NCBI GenBank assembly: GCA_019347645.1
Contig: JAHWKZ010000003.1
Span: 1 to 38,951 of the forward strand
DNA from: Gemmatimonadota bacterium
Lineage (GTDB): Bacteria > Gemmatimonadota > Gemmatimonadetes > JACCXV01 > JAHWKZ01
DNA length: 38,951 bases
Direction: 5' to 3'
The stretch's first letter is position 1. Every line of letters begins with the position of its first letter. The notes under the pieces were generated by a model that worked only from the letters and a program-made list of their open reading frames with translations, was not told where the DNA came from and searched no databases. Position numbers and translations under genes: made by a program. This document shows, one piece after another, positions 26,190 through 36,181 of the stretch.

Positions 26190-26849
26190 TCAGTCTCCCG
26201 CGAGCCCGATCACCCGGCGGATCTCGTCGAGCGAAACGGCGCCGAGGCGGACGACCCGGGGCGGAGTGGTCGAGACGTCGACGATCGTCGAAGGCTCCCC
26301 CGCCGCCGCGGGCTCCCCGTCGGCGCTCCGTGGCTCGAGCAGGCCCAGCGCGACGGCCTCGCCACCCGGCGCCGGTGCCAGCGCCCGGGCGGCCTCCGAC
26401 ACGCGCAGCGAGGGCAGCTTCCCCTTCAGGTTCGCGCTGGTCGAGAACAGCGGTCCCCGCCAGGCCGCCAGCAGCCGCCTCGAGACCTCGTCGCTGGCCG
26501 GCCGCAGCGCGAGTCGACCGGCATCGACCACCGGGGCGGGCGCTTCGCTCGTCGCGGGAACGATCAGGGTCAAAGGTCCCGGCCAGAAGGCCGCGGAGAG
26601 GCGCCGGGCGCCCTGGGTCCACTCCGCCGCCATGCCGCGCGCCGCCTCGGCGTCCGATACCAGGCACAGGAACGGGCGCGGGGTGTCGTATCCCTTGAGG
26701 AGCCGGGCGGCCTCGACGGCTTCTTCGCGGTAGGGATCGCCGGTGAGGCTGACCACCGTCTCGGTGGGGTGCAGGACGAGCCGGCCGGCGGCGAGGGCTT
26801 CGGCGGCCGCCTCGATCCCCTCCGGATCGGGCGGGACGAGGGGGATCAG
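26190..26849 (-). CDS. tsaC: L-threonylcarbamoyladenylate synthase (TsaC/Sua5 family; start uncertain)
   Basis: HPTETV, FWPGPLTLI, STSANL, PSTIVD, RLGA. Confidence 0.9.
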   Translation of the reverse strand: MIPLVPPDPEGIEAAAEALAAGRLVLHPTETVVSLTGDPYREEAVEAARLLKGYDTPRPFLCLVSDAEAARGMAAEWTQGARRLSAAFWPGPLTLIVPATSEAPAPVVDAGRLALRPASDEVSRRLLAAWRGPLFSTSANLKGKLPSLRVSEAARALAPAPGGEAVALGLLEPRSADGEPAAAGEPSTIVDVSTTPPRVVRLGAVSLDEIRRVIGLAGD

Positions 26850-28294
26850 ACCCGGACCTCGCCGGTCATCGTCAGGTCGCCTTCCCACGCCTCCAGCCGC
26901 GGCCGAACCACGCGCTGGAGGTACGCTCGCGCCTGCTCGGGCGCGCGCCCCACGTAGGAGCGCGGATCCCGCGCCCGCCGCCACGTCTCCTCGGAGAGGG
27001 CGGCGAACTCCTCCTCCTCCGCCAGCCGGTCGAGCAGGTCGTGGTCCTCTCCCGATTCGACCCTCTGGGCGGCCTCGCGGGCCCGCACCCGGATCCGCTC
27101 GTGGAGCGACTGACGGTCGCCGCCCGCCTCCACCGCCTCCATCAGCAGGGTCTCGGTCACCATCGCCGGCAGCTCTTTCTCGAGCCGCCGTCGGACGACC
27201 TCCTCGCGCACCTCGAGACCCGAGGCGATATCGTGCCACAGCACCAGCAGCGCGTCGACGGTGAGGAACAGCTCCGGAAGCGAGATCCGCTTGTTGGACG
27301 AGTCGTCGAGCGAGCGCTCGAGCCACTGGGTGGCCGCCGTCCAGTCGAGGTTTCCGGCGGTCTGTATGGCGAAGCGGGCGAGCCCGCACATCCGTTCGGC
27401 GCGCATGGGGTTGCGCTTGTAGGGCATCGCCGAGGAGCCGACCTGCCGGCGGCCGAACGGCTCGAGCACCTCGCCGAGGTGCTGCAGCAGCCGCAGATCG
27501 TGACCGAACGTGCTCGCCGAGACGGCGACCCCAGCCAGCGAGCTCCCCCACGCGGCATCGACCTTCCGCGGGGCCGTCTGCCCCGTCACCGGGAACGCCC
27601 CCGTCGCCCCCAGCTTCTCCACGACCCGCTCTTCCAACGCCTCGACCTTCGCGTGGTCGCCGTCCGCCAGGGCGAGGAAGGAAGCTTGCGTGCCGGTGGT
27701 CCCCTTGAGACCCCGCAGCCGGAACCGGTCGAGCCGGAACTCGATCTCGTCGAGGTCGAGCAGCAGGTCCTGGATCCACAGGCAGGCCCGCTTCCCGACC
27801 GTGGTCGGCTGGGCGGGCTGGAAATGGGTCCAGCCGAGTGTCGGCAGGCCCGACCACTGCTCGGCGAAGTCCGCCAGGGCCGCCACCACGCACAGCGCCT
27901 TGCGCTCCACGACCCGCATCGCACGGCGCATGATCAGCAGATCGGCGTTGTCGACCACGAACGCGCTGGTGGCGCCCAGGTGGAGGATCGGTCGGGCCGA
28001 GGGGGCCGCCTCGGCGAAGGCGTGGACGTGCGCCATCACGTCGTGGCGCAATTCGCGCTCGAGCTCCTCGGCGCGATCGAAGTCGATCCGGGAAGCCCCC
28101 GCCCGGAGGGCCTCCACCTGCTCGGGCTCGACCCCCCCGAGCCCGAGCTCGGCCTGCGCCTCGGCGAGCGCGATCCAGATCCGGCGCCACGTGGAGATCC
28201 TCTCGCGGGCCCCGAAGAGCCGTGCCATCTCCTCGCTCGCGTAGCGGTCCACCAGGGGGTGCTCGAAACGGTCGTGGCGGTCGGAGGCCCTCAT
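26846..28294 (-). CDS. purB: Adenylosuccinate lyase
   Basis: RHDVMAH, HLGATS, THFQPAQPTTVGKR, GSSAMPYKRNP. Confidence 0.97.
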   Translation of the reverse strand: MRASDRHDRFEHPLVDRYASEEMARLFGARERISTWRRIWIALAEAQAELGLGGVEPEQVEALRAGASRIDFDRAEELERELRHDVMAHVHAFAEAAPSARPILHLGATSAFVVDNADLLIMRRAMRVVERKALCVVAALADFAEQWSGLPTLGWTHFQPAQPTTVGKRACLWIQDLLLDLDEIEFRLDRFRLRGLKGTTGTQASFLALADGDHAKVEALEERVVEKLGATGAFPVTGQTAPRKVDAAWGSSLAGVAVSASTFGHDLRLLQHLGEVLEPFGRRQVGSSAMPYKRNPMRAERMCGLARFAIQTAGNLDWTAATQWLERSLDDSSNKRISLPELFLTVDALLVLWHDIASGLEVREEVVRRRLEKELPAMVTETLLMEAVEAGGDRQSLHERIRVRAREAAQRVESGEDHDLLDRLAEEEEFAALSEETWRRARDPRSYVGRAPEQARAYLQRVVRPRLEAWEGDLTMTGEVRV

Positions 28295-28313
28295 CGTCTC
28301 GTCCCCTCTCGCG

Positions 28314-28724
28314 TCAGGCCTTCCCCAGGATCCGGAGCGCGAGGTGCGCCGCGTTCCTCCCGTTGTCGATCCCCACGGCGGCGACCGGGACGCCGGGTGG
28401 CATCTGGGCGATGGCGAGCAGGGCGTCGACGCCCCTGAGGGCCCCGGCGCCGACCGGCAGGCCGATCACCGGCAACTTCGTGTGCGCCGCCACCACGCCC
28501 GGCAGCGCCGCCGCCAGCCCCGCCGCCGCGATCACCACCCCGTACCCCTTCTCCTCCGCCGTCCGGGCCAGCTCCGCCACCCGGTCCGGGTCCCGGTGCG
28601 CCGAGGCGACCTGGAACTCGTACTCCACTCCTGCCTCCTCCAGGACCCTCAACCCCTTCTCCACCACCGGCCGATCCGACTCCGACCCCGCCAGGACCAA
28701 CACCTTCGAACCGGATCGAATCAC
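28314..28724 (-). CDS. purE: AIR carboxylase / N5-CAIR mutase, short form
   Basis: GSESD, SAHR, AGLAAALPG, PVIGLP, QMPPGVPVAAVGID. Confidence 0.95.
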   Translation of the reverse strand: MIRSGSKVLVLAGSESDRPVVEKGLRVLEEAGVEYEFQVASAHRDPDRVAELARTAEEKGYGVVIAAAGLAAALPGVVAAHTKLPVIGLPVGAGALRGVDALLAIAQMPPGVPVAAVGIDNGRNAAHLALRILGKA

Positions 28725-28888
28725 CTGGACCTCTTCCCAAAAACCGAAGCTATGGGCGACACGAACGTGGGCGAATCAAAACGGTGTAGATCGTGGCGAT
28801 CGTGAGGAGGGATTCCGAGGCGTGGTAAAAACCACGCCGCAGGAAGCCCGACGAGGGATCGCCGCGAGATGCGCCGTTTTCATTCGCC

Positions 28889-29776
28889 CTAGATCCACTC
28901 TCGGAAGTCGTCTGGGATCAGTCCTCTCCTCTTATACCTCAACATCGAGTCCTCGCACGAGCACGCCGGCGTCGTGGTAGGAAGAAGCTCCAGGAAATTC
29001 CAGGTGATCTCGGGAAGGAGCTCGAGGGCCTCGTCGATCCAGACCTCGCGCCGCTCCTCGTCGATCTCCGCGACCCCTTCGGCGTAGTTCGTCACGTAGG
29101 CGACCGGATGGTAGCAGATCTCCAGCTCGCGAGCGAGGAACGCCTCGGGGGCGAGGGTCATGCCGACCAGATCGGCCCCCAGGACCCTCAGCATCCGCAC
29201 TTCGGCCGGAGTCTCCAGCCGAGGTCCCTCGTTGACGGCGTACACCGCGTCCCGGCGGGGCGTGAGCGCCATCTCGTCCATCACCTGCCCGAGAGCGTTC
29301 TCCAGAGTCGAGCAGAACGGCGGGCTCTGGCGGAGGATCCCGAAGCCCTTGTCCTCGAAGTAGGTGGAGGCGCGCCCCTTGGTGAAGTCGAGCAGGTCGG
29401 CCGGCAGGACGAACTCGCCAATCCGGAAGTCGGTCGACAGCGCCCCCGGGCCGCTCCACGCCACGATGCGGCGCACGCCCAGCTCCTTGAGCGCCCAGAC
29501 GTTCGCCCGGTAGTTGACGAACGGCGCGGTGACCCGGTACTCGCGCTCTCCGTGTCGCGGCAGGACGTAGAAGCGCCGCTCGCCGTGCTTCATGAACAGG
29601 ACGGGTGTGGAGCAGCCGAACGGTGTCTCCTTGACCAGCACGTCGACCACGGTGCCCAGCCGCTCGCGTGCCAGGCGGTACACCTTGCCGCCGGTGATGA
29701 ACGCGACCTCGGAGAACCTCTCGTCATAGGGGATCGACAGCGCCTTCGGGAGGACCTCGGTCCGAGGCTCGGTCAC
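28889..29776 (-). CDS. MTAP-family purine nucleoside phosphorylase
   Basis: TPFG, LPRHG, NYRANVWAL, EGPRLETPAE, VGMT..PEAFLARE, VTNYAEG; GTGA overlap with rnc. Confidence 0.92.
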   Translation of the reverse strand: MTEPRTEVLPKALSIPYDERFSEVAFITGGKVYRLARERLGTVVDVLVKETPFGCSTPVLFMKHGERRFYVLPRHGEREYRVTAPFVNYRANVWALKELGVRRIVAWSGPGALSTDFRIGEFVLPADLLDFTKGRASTYFEDKGFGILRQSPPFCSTLENALGQVMDEMALTPRRDAVYAVNEGPRLETPAEVRMLRVLGADLVGMTLAPEAFLARELEICYHPVAYVTNYAEGVAEIDEERREVWIDEALELLPEITWNFLELLPTTTPACSCEDSMLRYKRRGLIPDDFREWI

Positions 29777-30567
29777 GTTCGTTTGCCGCGCCGGTGCTCC
29801 GGGATCGACGCCTGCACCCTGTCGAGGCGCTCGAGCGCATCCATCGCCGCCTCCTTCTCGGCCTCCTTCTTCGTCCGCCCCCAACCGGAGCCCAGCGGCT
29901 CCCCCTCGAGCCACACCTGGCACTCGAAGTTTATGTTGTCTCGGTCGCCGTCGGGGGCGCTGGAGGCTCGATGCGTCCGATAGGTGAGCTGCCCGCGTCC
30001 GAGCTCGTGGATCGTCTCCTGGAGCCGGTTCTTGGCGGTGTGGAAGCCCTCCTCCCGCTCCAGGTCGCGCGAGAGGACGGTGCGCTCGATGAACCGCCGG
30101 GCGACCTCGAATCCGCCGTCCACGTAGAGCGCCCCGATCACGCCTTCGAGGGCGTCGGCCGCGATCTTCTGGCGGCCACCACCGGAGAGGAGATTGGGGT
30201 CCTCGCCGGTCTGGATCTCGTCGGGCAGACCGATCGCCTCGGAAGCCCCCGCCAGGAAGCGGCGGCTGATGATGTGCGCCCGCATCTGGGAGAGGACTCC
30301 CTCCTGCGAGTCGGGATGGCGCTCGAAGAGCCAGTTGCTCACGACCAGGTTGAGCACGCTGTCCCCCAGAAACTCCAGCCGCTCGTAGGACTCGCCGCGA
30401 CTGTGGGATTGGTCGAGGTAGGAGGGATGGGTGACGGCGCGACCGAGAAGCTCGTGGGAGGAGAAGCGGTGACCGAGGATCCGCTCCAAACGTCGGATCC
30501 TCTGCCCCCCTTCTTCCTTCGCCGCCTCTCCGTCTCCCATCCGGCGGCGGAACCACTCGAGGATCAT
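29773..30567 (-). CDS. rnc: Ribonuclease III
   Basis: ERLEFLGDSVL, ADALEGVIGALYVDGG, dsRBD G.GRTKKEAEKEAA. Confidence 0.97.
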   Translation of the reverse strand: MILEWFRRRMGDGEAAKEEGGQRIRRLERILGHRFSSHELLGRAVTHPSYLDQSHSRGESYERLEFLGDSVLNLVVSNWLFERHPDSQEGVLSQMRAHIISRRFLAGASEAIGLPDEIQTGEDPNLLSGGGRQKIAADALEGVIGALYVDGGFEVARRFIERTVLSRDLEREEGFHTAKNRLQETIHELGRGQLTYRTHRASSAPDGDRDNINFECQVWLEGEPLGSGWGRTKKEAEKEAAMDALERLDRVQASIPEHRRGKRT

Positions 30568-30583
30568 GCGCGTCGCTTCTCCG

Positions 30584-31828
30584 TCACTCCTCGAACCGCT
30601 TCACGGCCAGCACCGCGTTGTGGCCTCCGAAGCCGAACGAGTTCGTCAGCGCGGCTCCCACCTCCGCCTCCCGCATCGTGTTGGGGACGTAGTCGAGGTC
30701 GCACTGCGGGTCGGGGTTCTCGAGATTGATGGTGGGAGGCACTTTCCCCTCGGCCAGCACCATCGAGGTGATGACGAACTCCAGCCCTCCGGCGCCGCCG
30801 AGCAGGTGACCGGTCATCGACTTGGTGGATCCCACCATCATGTCGTGGGCGTGGTCGCCGAAGACCGATTTGATCGCCATCGTCTCGTACTCGTCGTTGA
30901 ACGGGGTCGAGGTGCCGTGGGCGTTCACGTAGTCGTAGGCCTCGGGCTCGAGACCGCTCTCCTCCACCGCCAGTCGCATGGCCCGGGCGGCACCCTCGCC
31001 GTTGGGGGCAGGGGCGGTGATGTGATAGGCGTCGGCGGTCATTCCCACCCCGACGATCTCGGCGTAGATGCGCTCGGCGCCGCGCGCCTTCGCGTGATCG
31101 AGCTCCTCGAGCACCACCATGCCGGCTCCCTCGCCGAGGACGAAGCCGTCGCGCTCCGCGTCGAAGGGACGGCTGGCTCGCTCGGGCTCGTCGTTGCGCG
31201 TCGACATCGCCTTCATCGCCGCGAATCCGCCGATGGACATCGGGGTGACGGCCGCCTCGGTGCCGCCGCAGACGATGGCGTCGGCGTCACCGTGCTCGAT
31301 CAGCCGGAACGCATCGCCGATCGCGTGGGCGCTCGACGCGCAGGCGGATACGGTGCAGTAGTTGGGACCCTTGGCGCCGTGACGCATGGATACGATCCCG
31401 GCGGCGATGTCCGGGATCATCATGGGGATGTAGAACGGGCTGATCTTGGAGGGACCGCCCTCGAGGAAGCGCGAGGTCTGGATCTCGTGGGTGCCGATGC
31501 CGCCGATCCCGGAGCCGATGATGACCCCCACCCGGGTCGCCTCCTCGGTCTCCATGTCGAGACCCGAGTCGGCCATCGCCATCGCGGAGGCGGCGACGGC
31601 GAACTGCGTGAACAGATCCTGCCGTCGGGCCTCCTTCCGGTCCATCCACGCGTCCGGATCGAACCCGTCGACTTCGGCCGCGATCTTCGTCGCGAACCCC
31701 GACGGGTCGAAGCGGGTGATGGTGCGGACGCCGGAGACACCCTTCAGAAGGTTTTCCCACGTCGTCGCCAGGTCGTTCCCCAACCCGGTGAGGCATCCCA
31801 TCCCGGTGACGACGACGCGGCGACCCAC
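30584..31828 (-). CDS. fabF: Beta-ketoacyl-ACP synthase II
   Basis: RRVVVTGMG, SACAS, NAHGTST, KSMTGHLLG, NSFGFGGHN. Confidence 0.97.
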   Translation of the reverse strand: MGRRVVVTGMGCLTGLGNDLATTWENLLKGVSGVRTITRFDPSGFATKIAAEVDGFDPDAWMDRKEARRQDLFTQFAVAASAMAMADSGLDMETEEATRVGVIIGSGIGGIGTHEIQTSRFLEGGPSKISPFYIPMMIPDIAAGIVSMRHGAKGPNYCTVSACASSAHAIGDAFRLIEHGDADAIVCGGTEAAVTPMSIGGFAAMKAMSTRNDEPERASRPFDAERDGFVLGEGAGMVVLEELDHAKARGAERIYAEIVGVGMTADAYHITAPAPNGEGAARAMRLAVEESGLEPEAYDYVNAHGTSTPFNDEYETMAIKSVFGDHAHDMMVGSTKSMTGHLLGGAGGLEFVITSMVLAEGKVPPTINLENPDPQCDLDYVPNTMREAEVGAALTNSFGFGGHNAVLAVKRFEE

Positions 31829-31833
31829 CGAGC

Positions 31834-32070
<237 letters not shown>

Positions 32071-32108
32071 TCGCTCTCCTCCCGCACCGCGAGTCTACCG
32101 GAGCGCGC

Positions 32109-32858
32109 TCACCGGGTGAGCCCGCCGTCCACACAGATGACTTGGCCGGTAATATAGCCCGCGAGCGGGGAGGCGATAAACACCGCCAGGTTCGCGACGT
32201 CCCGTGGATCCCCCAGCCGGCCGGCCGGGATCCGGCTCGCGTAGTCCGCCTTCGCCGCCTCGCCGATCGCGCCGGTCATCTCCGTCTCGATGTATCCCGG
32301 AGCGATCGCGTTCGCGGTGACGCCGCGGGCCGCGACCTCGGCGGCGAGCGATTTGGTGAAGCCGATCAGGCCGGCCTTGCTGGCCGCGTAGTTCGATTGG
32401 CCCGGATTGCCGGTGAGGCCCACGACCGAGCTGACGTTGAGGATCCTCCCGTAGCGCTGGCGGATCATCGAGCGGACGGCCAGGCGGCACCAGTGGAACG
32501 CCCCGGACAGGTTGACCGCGAGGACGTCCTCCCACTCCTCGTCCTTCATCCTCAGCAGCAGGTTGTCGCGGGTCATGCCCGCGTTGTTGACCAGGATGTC
32601 GAGACCCTCCCAGGCCTCCGTCACATCGTCCCACGCACGACCCACGTCGGTGGCGCTCGAGACGTCACCGACCAGCGCCAGCGAACGGACCCCCCTGCCG
32701 ACGATCGCTTCGGCGGCCTCCCGGACCGACCCCTCGCTCCGCGCGAACACGGCCACGTCCGCCCCCGACTCCGCCAGGGCCTCGGCGATCGCACGGCCGA
32801 TCCCGCGATTGCCACCGGTGACCAGCGCGCGCTTCTCGGAGAGATCGATCCCGATCAC
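32109..32858 (-). CDS. fabG: 3-oxoacyl-ACP reductase
   Basis: TGGNRGIG, NNAGMTRD, YAASKAG, APGYIET. Confidence 0.97.
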   Translation of the reverse strand: MIGIDLSEKRALVTGGNRGIGRAIAEALAESGADVAVFARSEGSVREAAEAIVGRGVRSLALVGDVSSATDVGRAWDDVTEAWEGLDILVNNAGMTRDNLLLRMKDEEWEDVLAVNLSGAFHWCRLAVRSMIRQRYGRILNVSSVVGLTGNPGQSNYAASKAGLIGFTKSLAAEVAARGVTANAIAPGYIETEMTGAIGEAAKADYASRIPAGRLGDPRDVANLAVFIASPLAGYITGQVICVDGGLTR

Positions 32859-33778
32859 CGCGCGGCCAGCTCTTCCAGGTCCGCGGGTCCACCGACCGCG
32901 GATCCCTCCAGGTCGCGATCGATCCGCTTGAGCAGGCCCGTCAGCACGCTGCCCGCTCCCGGTTCGTAGAACGTCGTGGCGCCCGACTCCCTGAGCTCCA
33001 TCACGCACTCCACCCATCGAACCGGCGCGGTGAGCTGGCGGAGCAGTCGATCGGAGATCGCGTCGGGGTCGACGACCGGCCGGGCGTCCACGTTGGCCAC
33101 CACCGGAATCCGCGGGGTCCCCACCTCGACCTCGTCGAGCGCGGCCGCCAGCCGCTCCGCGGCCGGGGCCATCAGGGGCGAATGGAACGCGCCCGAGACC
33201 TGGAGCTCGATCGCCCGCCGTGCACCGTGGTCCCGCGCCACCTCGACGGCGCGGCGGACGGCGGCGGTCGAGCCCGAGATCACGATCTGTCCCGGGGCGT
33301 TGTAGTTGGCGGGTTCGAGCACCTCGTCGCCCTCGCGGACGGCCGCGCAGAGCTCCTCCACCGCGGCGGGCTCCATCCCGAAGACGGCGGCCATGGTCCC
33401 CGGCCGGGCGCGGCCGGCGTCGGCCATCGCCTCGCCGCGGGTCCGGACAAGGCCCAGCGCTTCATCGAACGCCAGGCTCCCCGCCGCCACGTGGGCGCTG
33501 AACTCGCCCAGCGAGTGGCCCGCCGCCACCGTGGGATGGATCCCTCGCGCCGCGAGCACCCGGACGGCCGCGACCGAATGTGTCAACAGGGCCGGCTGGG
33601 CGTTCTGGGTGGCGGTCAGCTCCTCCTCCGGCCCGTTCCAGCAAAGCTCCGAGAGCGCGAAGCCCAGGACCTCGTCGGCTTCCTCGAACGTCCGACGCGC
33701 CTCGGGGAAGGCCTCCGCCAGCTCGCGCCCCATCCCCACCACCTGGCTCCCCTGCCCCGGCATCTGGAAGGCGATCAC
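32855..33778 (-). CDS. fabD: ACP S-malonyltransferase
   Basis: PGQGSQ, GHSLGE, SGAFHS, PVRW. Confidence 0.97.
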   Translation of the reverse strand: MIAFQMPGQGSQVVGMGRELAEAFPEARRTFEEADEVLGFALSELCWNGPEEELTATQNAQPALLTHSVAAVRVLAARGIHPTVAAGHSLGEFSAHVAAGSLAFDEALGLVRTRGEAMADAGRARPGTMAAVFGMEPAAVEELCAAVREGDEVLEPANYNAPGQIVISGSTAAVRRAVEVARDHGARRAIELQVSGAFHSPLMAPAAERLAAALDEVEVGTPRIPVVANVDARPVVDPDAISDRLLRQLTAPVRWVECVMELRESGATTFYEPGAGSVLTGLLKRIDRDLEGSAVGGPADLEELAAR

Positions 33779-34770
33779 AGGCGGAACACCATGCTGCCCC
33801 AGGCGAGACCGCCGCCGAAGGCGGTCATCAGGATGGTGGCGCCCTCGCCGACCAGCTCCCGCTTTCGGACCTCGTCGAGGCCGATCGGAATCGATGCGCT
33901 GGAGGTGTTGCCGTAGCGGTCGATGTTCACGTAGACCCGGTCCATCTCCACGCCCAGGCGCTTGGCCACGCCCTCGATGATCCGGATGTTCGCCTGGTGG
34001 GGGACGACGAGGTCGATGTCGTCGATGGTGAGGCCCGCTCGATGGAGCGCGATCCGGCTGGAGGTGTCCATCTGGAGGACCGCGTTCTTGAATACCTCGC
34101 GACCCTCCTGTCGGACGTACTCCATCCGCTCGGCGCGGGTCTCCTCGGTGGAGGGCCGCGCCGCCCCGCCGGCGGGGCGCCAGAGCAGCTCGGCCAGCCG
34201 CCCGTCGGTCTGCATGTGGGTGGAGAGGATGCTCGAGCCGTTCTCCCCCGACCTGCCGAACAACGCCGCGCCGGCGCCGTCGCCGAACAAGACGCAGGTG
34301 GTGCGGTCGGTGTAGTCGATGATGGCGCTCATCTTCTCGGCGCCGATCACCAGAATCGTCTCGAACCCGTCGGAGCGGAGGAACCCGTCGGCGATCTTCA
34401 CTCCGTAGAGCCATCCCGCGCAGGCGGCCGAGACGTCGAAGGCGACGGCGTTGTGGGCCCCCATCAGGGCCTGGGCCTCGCACGACGTGGAAGGGAGCAG
34501 GTGATCGGGCGTGGCCGTGGAGAGCACGATCACGTCGAGGTCCAGCGGGTCGATCCCCGCCTCCTCAAGCGCCCTCGTCCCCGCGCCGGCGGCGAGATCG
34601 GCGGTATTCTGCCCCTCCTCGCACATCCGCCGCTCCTTGATGCCGGTGCGGGTCGTGATCCATTCGTCGGTGGTGTCGATGAACTTTTCGAAGTCGGCGT
34701 TGGTGACCACCTTCTCCGGAACCTCCAGGCCGGTTCCCCGGAGCGTCGCCCCGATCCCGCCGCGGCTCAT
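33775..34770 (-). CDS. fabH: Beta-ketoacyl-ACP synthase III
   Basis: AACAG, FGDGAGA, PHQAN, YGNTS, FGGGL. Confidence 0.97.
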   Translation of the reverse strand: MSRGGIGATLRGTGLEVPEKVVTNADFEKFIDTTDEWITTRTGIKERRMCEEGQNTADLAAGAGTRALEEAGIDPLDLDVIVLSTATPDHLLPSTSCEAQALMGAHNAVAFDVSAACAGWLYGVKIADGFLRSDGFETILVIGAEKMSAIIDYTDRTTCVLFGDGAGAALFGRSGENGSSILSTHMQTDGRLAELLWRPAGGAARPSTEETRAERMEYVRQEGREVFKNAVLQMDTSSRIALHRAGLTIDDIDLVVPHQANIRIIEGVAKRLGVEMDRVYVNIDRYGNTSSASIPIGLDEVRKRELVGEGATILMTAFGGGLAWGSMVFRL

Positions 34771-35837
34771 CCGGCTCCCCCGCTCTTCCCGGCCCCGACG
34801 CCGGTCGGCGTCTCGTCCGCGCCGGCGGGCGTCCCCGAACCCGCCTCCTCGCGGACCGCCCGTTCGATGCTGCGGTGCAGAGCGCGCTCGGAGGCCACTT
34901 TGGCGACCCGGATGGCGTTGCCCATCGCCTTCACGCTGGAGCCGCCGTGGCCGATGATCACCACGCCGTCGATGCCCAGGAGCGGCGCCCCGCCGTGCTC
35001 GGCGTAGTCGAGACGGCGCTCGAGCGAGGCGAAGGCCGGCTCCATCAGAGCCGCGCCCATTCGCGAACGCAGGCTTCGATCCACCGCCTCCCGGATGGCG
35101 TCGGTGAAGAAGTCGATCATCGACTCGCCGAACTTGAGCAGGATGTTGCCGACGAAGCCGTCGCAGACCACGACGTCGACCGAGCCCTCGAGGACGTCCC
35201 TCCCCTCGACGTTGCCCACGAACTCCAGCCGGCTCCCCGCCAGGAGCGCGTGCGCCGCCACCGTCAGCTCGTTCCCCTTCGTCGGCTCCTCGCCGATCGA
35301 GAGGAGGCCGACCTTCGGCCGCTCTCGGCCCAGGATCTCGCGGGCGTAGAGGTGTCCCATGAGGCCGAACTGGAGGAGGTGCCGGGGCCGGGCGTCGACG
35401 TTGGCCCCGACGTCCAGGACGAGGCACGGCTCGCGTCGGGTGGGCCAGACGGTGACGATCGCCGGCCGGCTGATGGTCTCGACCCGTCCCAGCGTGGCCA
35501 GCGCGGCCGCCATGACCGCTCCGGTGTTGCCCGCCGACACGAACGCGTGAGCCTTGCCGCTCTTCTGCAGCTCGAGACCCACCCGGATCGACGATTCGCG
35601 CTTGCTCCGCACCGCCGCCACCGGAGGCTCGTCCATCCCCACCACCTGGGGCGCGTGGACCAGCCGCAATCCACTCCCGAAGCCGCGGCCGATCAGCGGC
35701 CGAACCCGCGACTCGTCGCCCACCAGCAGGATCTCGAGGTCGCTCCCCGCCTCGCGCAGCGCGGCGATCGCCCCGCGGACCGGCGTCTCAGGCGCGTGAT
35801 CGCCCCCCATGGCATCGACGGCGATCGTCATGGCCAC
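34767..35837 (-). CDS. plsX: Phosphate acyltransferase PlsX
   Basis: AVDAMGGDHAP, SAGNTGA, LDVGAN, GNVEG, DGFVGN, HGGS. Confidence 0.97.
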   Translation of the reverse strand: MAMTIAVDAMGGDHAPETPVRGAIAALREAGSDLEILLVGDESRVRPLIGRGFGSGLRLVHAPQVVGMDEPPVAAVRSKRESSIRVGLELQKSGKAHAFVSAGNTGAVMAAALATLGRVETISRPAIVTVWPTRREPCLVLDVGANVDARPRHLLQFGLMGHLYAREILGRERPKVGLLSIGEEPTKGNELTVAAHALLAGSRLEFVGNVEGRDVLEGSVDVVVCDGFVGNILLKFGESMIDFFTDAIREAVDRSLRSRMGAALMEPAFASLERRLDYAEHGGAPLLGIDGVVIIGHGGSSVKAMGNAIRVAKVASERALHRSIERAVREEAGSGTPAGADETPTGVGAGKSGGAG

Positions 35838-35935
35838 GCGGGTTCCTCCGGGTTGGTGGCTCGGGCGGCGGTCGGTGATGAAGAGCGGTCCTCGCAGCGG
35901 AATCCTCCGACCGCGGCCTCACGCCGGGAAGCGCC

Positions 35936-36118
35936 CTAGAACTCCTCGACGTCGATGACCTGACGCCCCGCGTAATGCCCGCAGTGGGGGCAAACGCGGT
36001 GCGGGATCTTCGGCTGCAGGCACTTGTCGCACTTCACGACCGTCGGCGCGGTCGCCTTCTTGTGAGTCCGGCGCTTCCGCTGCCGGGACTTGCTGATCTT
36101 CCTCTTCGGTACGGCCAT
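35936..36118 (-). CDS. rpmF: 50S ribosomal protein L32 (Zn-ribbon type)
   Basis: MAVPKRKISKSR, CDKC, HRVCPHCG. Confidence 0.98.
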   Translation of the reverse strand: MAVPKRKISKSRQRKRRTHKKATAPTVVKCDKCLQPKIPHRVCPHCGHYAGRQVIDVEEF

Positions 36119-36181
36119 CGTGTCACCTCGTTTTGTTGATATCCTATGTTACTGCGGCACATTGGATTGCCGCCGATCGAC

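Noticed and set aside
28725-28888. ZMP/ZTP, purine or PRPP riboswitch ahead of purE
   Set aside because: Conserved core motifs not recognisable by eye
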